From Lama guanicoe (taxonomy: Eukaryota): a DNA stretch of 64,000 nt. Location: positions 868,001 to 932,000 of the forward strand of contig MU054132.1 of the NCBI GenBank assembly GCA_013239625.1. The letters are read 5' to 3'. Position numbers and translations under genes: made by a program. A model generated the notes under the pieces. The model did not search any database. It was not told the DNA's origin and was given only the letters and a program-made list of their open reading frames with translations. Of the stretch, positions 11,091-23,391 are shown piece after piece. The number at the start of each line of letters is the position of its first letter. Position 1 is the first letter of the stretch.

Positions 11091-13535
11091 GTTATGCAAC
11101 TGACACTCAGTGGCCAGGGCCAGGGCCAGTCCTGTACAAAGAATTTTCCTGCCCTAAATGCTGATTAAGAAAGAAAAGGCAGGCTGACCACCAAAGGATT
11201 TCAGAAGAGCAATCTTGTGTGGTGAAAAAAATTCAGCAGAATGCTTTCCCAACATCTGCAGTTGTGTTGTTTTATTCAGAGACTATTGTGTAAAATTCCA
11301 ATAGGAGCATACAGAATATTAACATTAAAAAAAGATTCAAGTACGAAGAACACAGTGGAGTTATATACTTTGAGATAAATGACTATTAATCCACAGCACA
11401 AGGGAAGCAGAACCATTACACTGGCCTGGGTGTCTGGGAATCACTGGAGAGAACTGGGAAGGGGCTCGCAGCTCTGTTATTCCAGGTGACAGTACCACCA
11501 GGGGGTTTAAAAGAATGGGGGAATCCACAAGTTTACTCTCTGAAGAGGCAGTGACTTATAGCTGAGAAAAGAGCCCCTTGACAATCTAAACATGGTTCTA
11601 TTACATGCCTAGTTAGGGTCATGCCAATCTTCCAGGCTAATACATCAGTTCTGCTCCATGAACGACAGTAAGGCATCTGGTTGCCGGTGGGAAGTAAGAC
11701 GCAATCATCATTTGAGTACTTCATGTGCCAATAATCCATTATATTATAGCCCCCTGTTTTCCCAAGTTCCCCAAAAAACCCTATTAAATGACAAAAGGGC
11801 AGCTTATTAGGGTAAGAGAAACACAAATACTCATTCTTCAACACTCCAGCTCACCTCCAGGAAGTTTTTTCCAATAGCCTCTGAATCTTCCAGGTATTCC
11901 TCCTCTGTTCCCACAGGAGTACTTAACACCCTATAATGTGATTTGTTTTCTTGACTGTCTTCTCCATTAAACTGAAGTAAGTCCCCCAAGGGTGGACTTT
12001 CCTTTCCACTTTCCCAGCTTCTAACACTGATGCTGGCATATATTCGTTCAACAAATACTAAACAAGCGCCTATGATGTGCCAATTCTGCATGAACAAAGC
12101 CATTTGACTAATTCTATCCTCACAGAGTACCCACCAGGTACAGGAGGTGGGCGCATTAATTAGCAAGTACAACATGGTATGTGCTGTTAGGCTACTGCAA
12201 CAGCAAATGGGAGGGCATGTCACCCACAGGTGCAGGGCTGAGGGATGCAGGAGGTAGGTAAAGAGGAGGGACAAGGGCCTTGTTGGCAGAGGAGTAGGAT
12301 GCACACAGGTAGCAGAGAACATGGCCGTGAGGGAAGCCTGCACATGGTGCAGTGGTGTGGCACGGCTGGTGCACAAAGGGGACAGAGATGAGACTAGGGT
12401 GGCCAGTAGCTTCTGGGGCAAGAAAGGATCAGTGATAACAGGAAATACATATAAGGCCAGGGAACAGGAGATAGGATGGATTAGAGTATGGGCAGGACAG
12501 TTACTGAAGCAGCCTTTCCTTCCTCACAGGACCAGAATGCCTGTCCAAGTGGCAGAGCTGGTCTTAGGACAAAATGAAAATGAGCTATTGTGATAGTTAC
12601 TGGGTTACTCTTCATAAAGAATTTGCCAGAAGACTTGGATTGAAAACTAAGAAATAGTTTAACAAATGCAAACAGATTCATGAAATTAAAACATTTTTGG
12701 GATGATTTACTCTTAGGGTTTTTACCATTTAGAGACACCAGTATCTGGTATGTAGACAAAAAAGTCCAAACAATCACAAAAAATACTAACTAAACCCTCA
12801 AATACAGCCCATTGTTTAGAAAGTCATCAATTTCTTTCCTAGTCAACTCATTAAAAAACAAATTTCTCCAAAGAGCTTAATCTCTGTTTCTCCAAAAATT
12901 TCCTTGAGATAACCAAATATTTTCTCTGTTTCTATGTTTCTTACTTTTTGTGGCTTCTTTCATTCTTGGCCTTTTAAATATTTCTTTTGGTCCTGTTTGG
13001 GCCATGTCCTTATATCAAGTGTACGGTCCAGAAAATGCTGCTTAAGAGCCTTCTGCTAGGCCTGGTTCCACCTGCCTGTCCCCATAAAGGAGAAGGACGG
13101 AAGAGACAGAGGCCAAGGCTGCATCTGGGGAAGGTTTGGTTAAAAGGGATCACAGAAACCAGGCTCCTAGCTCAAGATGAGATTAACTCCTACTTTCTTA
13201 TATTTATATTGAAGAAGACAGGAAATAAGAAAATCCCTGAGTCAAATAATGAATCAACATGTACTCTACTTGACTTGTAACAAGTAGGTTATAAAATAAA
13301 CCTAAGATCCAATTTTTGTAGAAGGCAGATTTTGATACCATCAAGTATATCTAGAAAGCCAAGAGGTTTAAATAATTGCAGAATGCGAACAGAACTCCTT
13401 TCATTTATCAGCACTAGCTGATAATCCTTTTGAAAGGGCAAAGCAAACAGAAAAAAGTTTAGATCATAGCCACAGAGACCAACAAATTAAGCTACCATTT
13501 ATTTGCTCTAACTTGCATTTTATGAAAGGTGGTCA

Positions 13536-13715
<180 letters not shown>

Positions 13716-15214
13716 CTAAGGGCAAAAAAATCATTCAAATTATTTCGGTAAACATTTGCTTAAAAGAGAGTAAGAAAATGCTGAAGTTGCTACGCAAAGT
13801 GGGGACTGTGTAATTCAAAATAGTGCCCTAGATGCCCCCCTGTATGTTCCTACTAAACATTTATTTCAATTTAAAATAACAACTGTCTCTGCCTGAATTT
13901 CTGGTACTATTTTCTACTTTGAGATTAATGCAGGAACTTGAGGATATCCCCACGTATTATCAAATAAATGAGCCAAATATTTCCTGTCAAAACCGAAGAT
14001 CGTAAGTTTTCAAATAGGAAGGCATTACCAAGTAAGAAAATAAACATCAAAAAAAAAAAAATCCACAGCAAGGAATTTTGAAGATTAAAGAGAACAAGAC
14101 AGGGTGAAAATTGTAAAAATTTCTAGAAAGGCAAACAAATAAAAAAACAGGTTACAAACAAAAATTCAGTCTGTATCAGGCTTCTCAACAGCAAAACCAG
14201 GTTTTGGAAGACAACGATAAAATGCCTTCCAAGTTCTGAGGGATAACAAGTTTTAATCCAGAATTTCAAGTACAACTTAAATCAATTAGGTACAGAATAA
14301 AGACAAATTTCCAAGATCAAGATCTGGGTTTTAGTCCTGGTTCAGCCAATAATTTGTCACATAATTTTAGGCCCACCATGAACTTCTGTGGGTCTGTTTC
14401 TACATCAGTGAGATGAAGAAGTTCAATAAATTCAAAAACCATTCTGTGATGATACACATGAAATGTGTTTGTTGTCAGGGCTTTTAAGTATTCAGGCAGT
14501 AATCCATTTATAAACGTAACTTGTGAAAAATCATCATGCAAAAGTAGAATAAATTTATGTGGTGTAAGTGTGTGTCTATGTGTGAGAGGGAGAAAGAATT
14601 TCATTCCAGGAAATTTAAAAATAGTATATAATCCCTATCTTGAGTTCACCAAATAGACTCACTTCTCAAGGTTACATTTCTAGCATTTTATTCTTTTGTT
14701 TTTTTCTTTTCCTTTACAACTAAATGTCTAGTCTAACGTCTCAACTGAAATGACTTGGAGGTTCAAGATTAATGCCTGATTTTAAGTTCCTAGGAGGCGG
14801 GGACCACGCATATACATTTTAGGCACCAAAACTGTTACTGTAACACAGTATTTGGCACATAATGGGCATTCAATTACTGAATAATCAAAAGTATATTAAA
14901 AATACAAAAAGTATAAAACAACGAATAATCAAAATATGGCATTTTCCATTTTTCAGAATGCTTTTTTACATGAATTTAATTGATTTTCTTAACAATCCTG
15001 TCAGAAAGGATCTCTGATTAAAACAAAATGATGTCGGTTCACAAGTTATGTTAGTTGCCTAAGAAACTGGTAAACGGCAGGGCTGGAACTAAAATTTTAA
15101 GTTCTAAATCCAAAGGCCTTTTAGTTATCACCCAATGTCTGTTTATTAACAATTAACAAATGATATGTTACTGTATAATTCCCTGGGGAATACTTAGAAG
15201 GGATCTGTGGTGGG

Positions 15215-15342
15215 CATGTGGGTACAGCGCAGTGGTAGAGTTCATGCTTAGTTGGTTTGGGGTTCAATCCCCAGAATCTCCATTAAAATAAATAAATAAG
15301 AACCTAATTACCTTCCTCCAATTAAAAAAAAATTTTTAAGGC
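15215..15342 (+). mobile_element. tRNA-derived SINE, Vic-1-like, internally deleted
   Basis: gtacagcgcagtggtagag...ggttcaatcccc...aaataaataagaacctaattacc; tgtggtggg repeated at 15206-15214 and 15450-15458. Confidence 0.8.
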
Positions 15343-15447
15343 AAAGAAAAGAAAAGAAAGGAAAGAAAGGAAAGAAAGAAGGAAAGGAAGGAAAGGAAGG
15401 AAAAGAAGTAAGGAAGGAAGGGAGGGAGGGAGGGAGGGAAGGAGGAG
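15343..15447 (+). repeat. Compound purine microsatellite (GAAAA/GAAA/GGAA/GGGA)
   Basis: About 105 nt of A/G with a single T; ends in GGGAGGGAGGGAGGGAGGG. Confidence 0.95.
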
Positions 15448-15449
15448 CT

Positions 15450-17226
15450 TGTGGTGGGTTATAAATGGCCATAAACTCATTGGCCTTTCTTCCACTGAGA
15501 GATAGTCTACCACCCCTCCTCTCTAACTGCCTTGCCCTATAGGGAACAGTGGTGATATCTTCTGGGTTTCAGTTTGGGAACTTCCATGTGCTGTCTCTTG
15601 TAATATTCTTTCTGGGAGTCCCAAGCTGCCATGTAAGAAGTATGATTACTGTGCGAGAAAGATCACAGGGAGAGACCTCAAGACTATATGGGGGGTGGAT
15701 AAGACCCAGCAATCTCTGCCAAGGACTAGGACTTAAGGAAGCTGTCTTGGCTAGATGAACCTACCTGTAAGGTGAACACCACTACATGACTCAACAGATA
15801 CTGCATGGAGTAGAATTACCCAGCTGTTTGGTGTTCAAATTTCACAAAATCATGAGATATAATAGAATGGTTGTTCCAAAGTTTTGCTATTGGAAAAGCA
15901 CGTGGTACTTGGAAATAGGTGCATTTTCAACAAAAACCTAAAATGTGACTTTGGCTATGGGTTCATGCCATGAGAGCAAGCTTTGAAAGGGCCTCAAGAA
16001 AACCACTGGTGAGACCTTAGAGGAAAATATTACTGGAGGTTTCAGAGAAGTAGATCTTTGTTATATAGTGTCACAAAGTTTGGAAACATTGTCACCTCTA
16101 GTGATTTGGAAAACAGAAAGGGTAATTAATGAATCTGTGGATTTGGCTGGAGTGACTTCCAAGTAAAATATAAACATTTTGTGTTCTATTATAAGAAAAG
16201 AGAGGAACCAAAGAAGCAACTATTCAGTTTTCAGGTATAATTTAGAGGAAATAGAGCAGGGTTTGAAAATAAAACTGTTTCTCATCACTTGGTTACTCCC
16301 AGTAAGAATGTGAAATTTAGAAATGGTTTCAGGACAAAGATCACTGGACCTGGACCCAGATATCGGAAAGGTGTGCCCAGCAAGATTTCATAACTGCTAT
16401 GAACCATGAGTGCTCCATGCCTCCCACCTCCACACTCCTTGAGTATGAATGTGGATGGATATCCTCCCTGTCTCACCACTGCCATATGAGTCCACACATT
16501 CTTCAACCTGCCAAGGCCAAGATGCACCACTCCTGAGGAGCTCCGTCTATATGTGAGAACCTGCACTGATGAGATCTTGGACCTCCACACTTAGCCTGAT
16601 ATCATGAGATGAGATATCAGGATGTTTATTTTGCAAGTGGGAGAAACATATGTAATTTGTGAACAGAGGGCAGACTGTGGTCGATTAAGGTGGCACATCT
16701 GCCATTTGATGTGTGGTCTATGTCCCCTCATCACCTTGAATTTGTATAGACTGTTTGATCGGTAGAGTTGGGTAGAAGTTATGCAGTGCCAGGCAGGGGC
16801 CAAAGCAATGAGATATTGGCAGGTTCCCCTTCATACCACCTGAGACACTTTTCAAGTTTTAAGCTGCCATGTAAAAAAGTCTTAACACTTTGTTACCACT
16901 TTAATATGAAGAAGCCCAAGATAAGTTCTTAGAGATACGTTTTTAGAGAGGGTGTGTGGAGACACTGTTGCCACCCAGCACTCAGATGGTACTGCCATCC
17001 CAGCCTAGGCATCAGGCACGTGAGTGAAGTCATCTCAGGCCCTCCATAACAGCCCAGACATGAGGTGAGCACCCAGTGAACCCAGCTAATGCCACACAGA
17101 ACAAAATTTTTCCAGCTCAGTTTGCCAGAGCTTCTCACTCATAACAATTATAAGAAATCATAAAATAATTATGGTTTTAGGCCACTAAGTTTCGTGATAG
17201 TTACACATCAATGGATAATTGGATCA
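15450..17226 (+). mobile_element. MaLR (MLT1) element: 5' LTR, deleted internal region, 3' LTR
   Basis: LTR start tgtggt at 15450; MLT-int start tggtacttggaaataggtgc...aaaacctaaaatgtg near 15900; internal end gaacagagggcagac then second LTR tgtggt at 16676; ends aatggataattggatca. Confidence 0.7.
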
Positions 17227-19696
17227 GGAACATTGCTGATGCTCATGCTATAGATTCTCCAAGTATCTGGCAATAGTGAGGACCAGGGCCTTCCAAAAGA
17301 GCTACAGGGGAACCCCCAAACTTTCACATATTGGCTTTATAGAACCTAAGAAGAACAATGAAGTCTGGGAGTGTGCCAGATGTATAGAATATGGGAGAAA
17401 CAACTTAAAAGAAAGAAGCAACTTGACTGGGACAGAGCTTAGGTGAACTTTATATAGCAAAGCATGGCTTCTAGCTGGCAGGAACAGACGTAGTTTCTAT
17501 TTAGTCATATAAGGATGAAAATGAACAGAGTAAACTATGAAAATGATTAAACAGGTCAAATTTTCCTTCTGTCTTCTCTTCACAGTATCATTAAGTAAAG
17601 AGATACGGTATCAATAATCAATGTGCATAGTGTAAGTCAACTTCAATCAACATTTATCTGGTAAAGCTGTGTGACTAAAATGTATAATAAAAAATTGCCT
17701 ATCTCACAAAAGAATTTCAGGCATAAAGGAATAAGTTATGAGATATTTCTGGGGGGTAAGAAAAAAAATCTTCCTGTTGCCCCGGAACTAATATCCAGTT
17801 ACCATGAAGACAAATCTATTTTCTATAGTATGTGGGCATCGGGTGGTAGCAGAAAAAAATTTAAAGGAAATGTCTATGGTCTTGAAAAAAAAGTGATTTC
17901 TGCTATCTTAAAAGAATTGAATCCTACTGCTGCTGATAAAGAGAACATGTTCTATTTTCTGGGGTTTCTAGTTTATTCCAGCAATGGTTCTGGATTCATC
18001 CTTCCAGCTAAACCCAGATGGAAGGGATGGAGAGCAACCAGCCAACAGTGCTCCTCCTCACACCCACACACCACTTTTCAGGTGGGTTAGTTCACAGCTT
18101 GTCAGTAGGAGGAATGAGAAAATGGATATGCTACCCAAGAGCCCCTCTTGCGGTATGGATGGGGAAAGCCAGAGAGCATGCCCACCCTATCTGTTTTGAA
18201 GCTAGATCTAGAACCTCTAATTACCACTCCATGTCAGAGTGTGACAAACAATTAAAATGTATCGAGGAAAACTCTTAATAACAAAGCTGTTTATAGACAC
18301 AGAAGAACAAAAAGAGAATAAGAGAAAACTTGCATAGGCTAGATAAGTTGTACTAATTACAGTAATTTAAGTGAATTCCTTACCCCTTAATTACCACGTA
18401 GCACAAAAATGATTATGTGTGCTGTGAAATGTATCAGGTCCAGCTGTATGTAAGTGGCACTGGATAACTCTTGTGTGCCAAGTCATGTAGCATGAGCATC
18501 TGTTAACACTTTCACAAATCAGTGGAAGATATAGGCATTCTGAGAATGAAGACCCATGTTCCCACTGACTAGAAATAAGTGAGTGATGGTGAGGGAGTGA
18601 AGATTCAGTGACTTGGAAAGAAATTGTTCTTCGGACACTCTTCTAAACCTTGAATCGAATAAGTAAGGGCCAGGGCAACTGATCCACAAAAGCAGTTTCT
18701 CTGCAGTGAAGGAGTGACACGGCTGTGGCAAAGTGTTAGTGGTACACAATATACACACTTTTGTGCCCAAAGCTGCACATACTAACAAGCTATGAACACC
18801 AAAATGAAGCAAGCATTCATGAAATTTTTCATGGTAGTCTATCATTTTAATTTTTTCTCTGGCAACTTACAGGGACGCACACACTGTGGTACAGAGAGGA
18901 GAAGTAGATGGAAGGAAGTGCGAGAGAATCCAGCTCTGTGAGAAAGAAGGGTGTCCAAAAAAGTCCAACTGGGGCTGAGAGAGAGTGGGTTTTGTCTGGT
19001 GAACTGCAAGAAACTGTTCAGGACAGACAGGCAAGAAATGATGCTTGAAGACTGAAGTGTCCTGATCGTGAAAAACTCCTGAATTCCCAAAAGAGTTTGA
19101 AATTTTAGCCTGAGAGAGACAGGGAGGTTATTTAAGAAAGTATGCTCATATTTGTATTTGTATGATTCCATTTATATGAAGTCATGGTGTTAGGGAGCAG
19201 GCTAGCATCTCCTCTTGAAGAGAGGCAGAGTAACAGGACGGCGTATGAGGAAGCCTCTGGAAAGCTGGTTAGGTTATGTTGCTTGATGCGGGTCCTGTTT
19301 GTGAGCCTGCAGGGGTGTTTAGTCTGTGAAAAAATTCACGAGTTGTAGACATATATGTCTGCTTATTTGGATATAAGTTATGCTTCAATAAAAAATTTTA
19401 AAACAGAAAAGATAACTTTTTGGCTGAAGGATAGAGAATAGAATAAAGAAGACAGGCAACAGGTGAGGGGGCTGGGCATCACTGGATGAACTAGAGTACC
19501 ATGAAGGATTTGGCGGCTGAATAGCTATGGAAAATGAAAGAGTGAGAGGTGTCAAAGGCTGGGGGTGTGATGACTGGGCAGATGGTGTGCTCTGCCCTGA
19601 TAAAAGGCACAAAGGAGAAAAGCCCTCCTGGCTTCCAGCTCCTCATTTATAAAATTAGAAAATATGCCCAAAACAATCCTTAACATCTCTATGACA

Positions 19697-19744
19697 GTCA
19701 CTGACAGTATGAACAATGACGTCATTGACAGTATGAACAATGAG
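19697..19744 (+). repeat. 24-bp tandem duplication (2 mismatches) with a palindromic junction
   Basis: gtcactgacagtatgaacaatgac / gtcattgacagtatgaacaatgag. Confidence 0.9.
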
Positions 19745-20979
19745 AACTTGGACAGCTCAGAGACAATGAGACACCCATGAGTCCAACCTGGCAGAAGACA
19801 GCCTGAAAATAAAAAATGCTTTCAACAAAGGGGCAAAACCAAACAAATGTGAAACAGCAGTCAAATAGGTGTCTAAATCAGTACTCACTTAAATAAGAGT
19901 GTACCCGATGAAGTCCTAGAGGTCAGAGGTGGTAGAGGAGAAAGAATACCTAAAACTGCTGGAGAACCATGAAGATCAGGAGGCATTTTGGAAGAGACTG
20001 GCTAGTACAAACACATAGGACCTCGATCTACTGTGATGCTAACAATCAGCTGGGGTATCTGTCTGAGCTGACTGAGCATGACCATGACCTGTAAACACCC
20101 CTCCCCCACACCGTCTGCTCTGCCATCAGATGGGTAGCCACTCAAAACAGTAGTCTTATGGCTTCAATTGGGTCATCTATGGATCTGTTATAAATCATGT
20201 CACACAGATTAAACACTTGGAGAAGTAGTTCACAGCAGCTAAACGGTCTGGGGGAATTAAAGACCATGAAAGACCATCTTTACCAATGGATCAAGAACAG
20301 CTAAAGATAAAACGATTAGCTATGTTCTGGTAAGCACTGCTTGAAATGTGGTGACCTATAATGAAAGGAAACTACATTTGAGGGTAAAACAGAGAAGGGG
20401 TGAATAGATTTTTAAAAACTTGACATATTCATGCCTGGAATGCTAAATTAACACAAAGCAGGGAAAATAACATTCTCTTTTCTGCTTAAATATGCTGGGA
20501 AGCCAATACTATGTTATAAATAGAGAAAACCACCCCCAGAAAAGCTGGCAAATTCAAGAAGATAAGAGCTATTTTAGGTTCCCTCTCTTTCCTTTCAGTC
20601 TATAAGATCAGGGTGAAGTATTTATACAAGGAAACAGATTTTTGTCTTAAAAATCACAAATATTTCAATCTGGTAGAAATTATTCGAAGAGTCCAAGACA
20701 AGTTCTGCAGGCACATCAGACAGACTTGAAATCTCTGCAGTCTTCACAAGACAGATTGACACAATGAATGAATCGAAGGCAGTCACCTTTTAGGACCAGG
20801 TCTGCTATTTCTACCATCCTCCTGCCTGTGGAATTCTTAACCTAGAAATTTCATTCAAGTAAACAGTCATCTCCTAAGGGGTGCAAGGCTCTTTACACTT
20901 AATGTTCCCAATAACCTAAAAACAATACGGCCATTCATGGCTTAAGAGAGCATTAGGAAAAGAGCTGTCAGGGGCAAAC

Positions 20980-21134
20980 CTTGGCTTTGGTTGCAGCTGA
21001 GGCAAGAGCAGCTGCTGCGGCTGTGGCTACATTTCCTTCAGAAATTTCATGTTCTACTTTCTTCTTCCCAACATCACTTTCTCTTTCTTTACAAGTATCA
21101 GTGAATTCCTTGTTCTCTTCAGTCTCCTTTTCTT
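20980..21134 (-). CDS. SMARCC1: SMARCC1 coding exon (~exon 24), 155 nt, EEKETEENKEFTDTCKERESDVGKKKVEHEISEGNVATAAAAALASAATKAK
   Basis: tttttcag|AAGAA...GCCAAG|gtttgc; the Ala-rich segment leads into the coiled-coil. Confidence 0.96.
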
Positions 21135-21801
21135 CTGAAAAAAATCAGGAAGCTTTATTACCAGTGTGCTCAGTCTCAATAAGCCATCTTACTCCTCACC
21201 TCTGCCACATGATGAACTAGGACCGATGTTACAAAGAGATTTCAGTCCCTTTTTCTTCTTTTTAAGATTTCTGTTGAACCACTCCATGCATGTGAGTCTG
21301 TCTCTATTTGAGATGGATTTTCTAAATAGTACACTTTGTCTTCTCTTCATTTCTCTAAGCTCTCTGTGTAGTTCCCTTGGATATAAAGGAAAATTCAAGG
21401 GAACTAAGCCCTATGACCAACACATTTGTTCAACAGTCAATGAAACGCTCTGGGAAACCCTAGGGTCTGGAGGAAATCAGAAGTTGAGAACAGAGCACTT
21501 CCGCAAGCCTTTCGAGTCAGGCACGATGGGATGTGCCAGCAACTGACTGAAAATAAAATGGCAGGTCTGTGTGGTGACTTCAGTCGCAGCTGAACAACTT
21601 GTTTGTCTATATGACACTGAAAACAATGTAGCCATTAGCAATGTACCTAAGCACAAAATAGAACCCAAACCCATATTTACTGTTACACTAAGAAACAAAC
21701 CCGTAACAAATGACGTAATATTTCTATACAATTTAACTGCCCACATTTCCCAAGTGGTTTTACTTTTACATAATAAAGTCTAAAGAGTTTCCTCAAATTA
21801 C

Positions 21802-21916
21802 CTGATTTGGTATCCTCACTGACTTCACTATCCTGCTCCTTCTCACTATTTTTTTCATTTTCTCCATCTTGTGCTTTATCACCTTCATCTGTTTCATTTT
21901 CCCCTTTGTTTTCAGC
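21802..21916 (-). CDS. SMARCC1: SMARCC1 coding exon (~exon 23), 115 nt, AENKGENETDEGDKAQDGENEKNSEKEQDSEVSEDTKS
   Basis: Within ORF 21683..21949; tttttcag|GCTGAA...ATCAG|gtaatt. Confidence 0.96.
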
Positions 21917-23335
21917 CTGAAAAAGGTACAAAATAAGAGGACAGGGCATGAGGGGGTAAAAAAAGGTCCTTCGACAAGTGATATTGTCTTAGAACAATGA
22001 AAGGTTCCACTATTTCTGGCAAGAAGTGGACTAGGTTAAGAAAGGCCTTGGAGAGAAATGTTGGAAAATAAATTAATAAATCCAAAGAAATACATTTTAC
22101 TACCTCATCTCCTGACAACCTGCCTCTAAAGCATGAAGTCCCCGCCCTCCTGGCAAAAGGCCAGTGGTACAATGTCCGAAGCAATGTCAGTGGGATTGAT
22201 TTACATTATTCACTGGTTAAACAGATACTGAATGAATGAATAAATAAATGGTTAGTTGTCCAAAAGGACTAAGAGCACTTAATATGCACAGTGTCAACCA
22301 AGAACCAAGATGAAATGCTGCCAAGATAAAAAGCTGACAAAACTCTTTAATACAGTGATTTGCTGATGGTTTTCAGGAAGAGCCACAATAGGGCATCAGT
22401 GATCATGCTCTGGGGACTGGATACTTCACTTCCTCTGTGGTCAGGATTTGGTATCGTTTGCTGAGTTTGAAATCCCTGTGACTTTGGACATATTATGTAA
22501 CATTGTCTATAAAATGAAGAGACTATCACTGACTTGATAAAGCTGTTTAAGGAATAAGATGAATTTATAAATGTAAAGTACAAAGCACAGTATTTGGGAC
22601 ACTGTAGAACTGCAGTTAAGTTTACTATAATCCCCTTTCTCTCCTATCTATATACAGTTTATACTCACTCAAACAGTAACTGACCGCTCACCATGTGCCC
22701 CGATCTTCAAGAGGCTGTACAGCTCTGTTCTGGCTCACCTCGCATTTACAGCCTCTACGAGACAGGGATTAGGGCAAAAACGTACAGGACACTTGGATGC
22801 CCTGCGCACACTGGCTTTAGTGTCTCCCCTTTCACTGCCAGCTGGAATATTCGATTTCTTAGCCTCCATTTCAATTTTTGTAATTTTACCTGCTCTTTAA
22901 AATCTACTTGAAATGTCACTTTCTCATTAAGTCTTTACCAAATATTTTTCCACTAGCAGTTAAATTAACTCTTCTAAAAAATTCCTTAATATTCTCTAAT
23001 TCTCTTCTGGCACAAGTATAGGACCCAAACCCTACTATGTAATATTCTTAAGAACCATGATTTTTTAATTCATATTCCCAACTATGCCTGAAAAGGGTAC
23101 AGAAGAAGTAGTTATAGAGTACATAAATCACTGAAAGAATAAATAAAAAATATCCTGTATTATGCCTTATGAGAACTATACCTTAACCCAGCAAAGTCCA
23201 AATGGCTGAAAGAATCATTTATAGTCTCAAGAGGGACTCAAAGTCATAATAAACCCAAATCGTTATGCTGTGAAAGGAAGGTAGTGCTCTCGGTGGCTTT
23301 TCTGTTGTGGGAGATTTCAAATAGACAGACTTTAC

Positions 23336-23391
23336 CTTTTCAGGCTGCTGACCATCAGTATCTGTTTCCACTTTTTCCTCTTCAGTTCCTT
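23336..23391 (-). CDS. SMARCC1: SMARCC1 coding exon (~exon 22), 56 nt, EGTEEEKVETDTDGQQPEK, acidic linker
   Basis: Within ORF 23219..23401; cttgtag|AAGGA...GAAAAG|gtaaag. Confidence 0.94.

Noticed and set aside
11831..12421. Longest ORF in the track (196 aa, minus)
   Set aside because: Overlaps decayed L2-like sequence, no recognisable domain; likely a chance ORF.
17995..18032. Hairpin catccttcca...tggaagggatg as a pre-miRNA
   Set aside because: Stem of about 10-12 bp is too short.
17671..18090. 139-aa plus-strand ORF
   Set aside because: GTG start, AT-rich, no family resemblance, no retrocopy poly-A or TSD.
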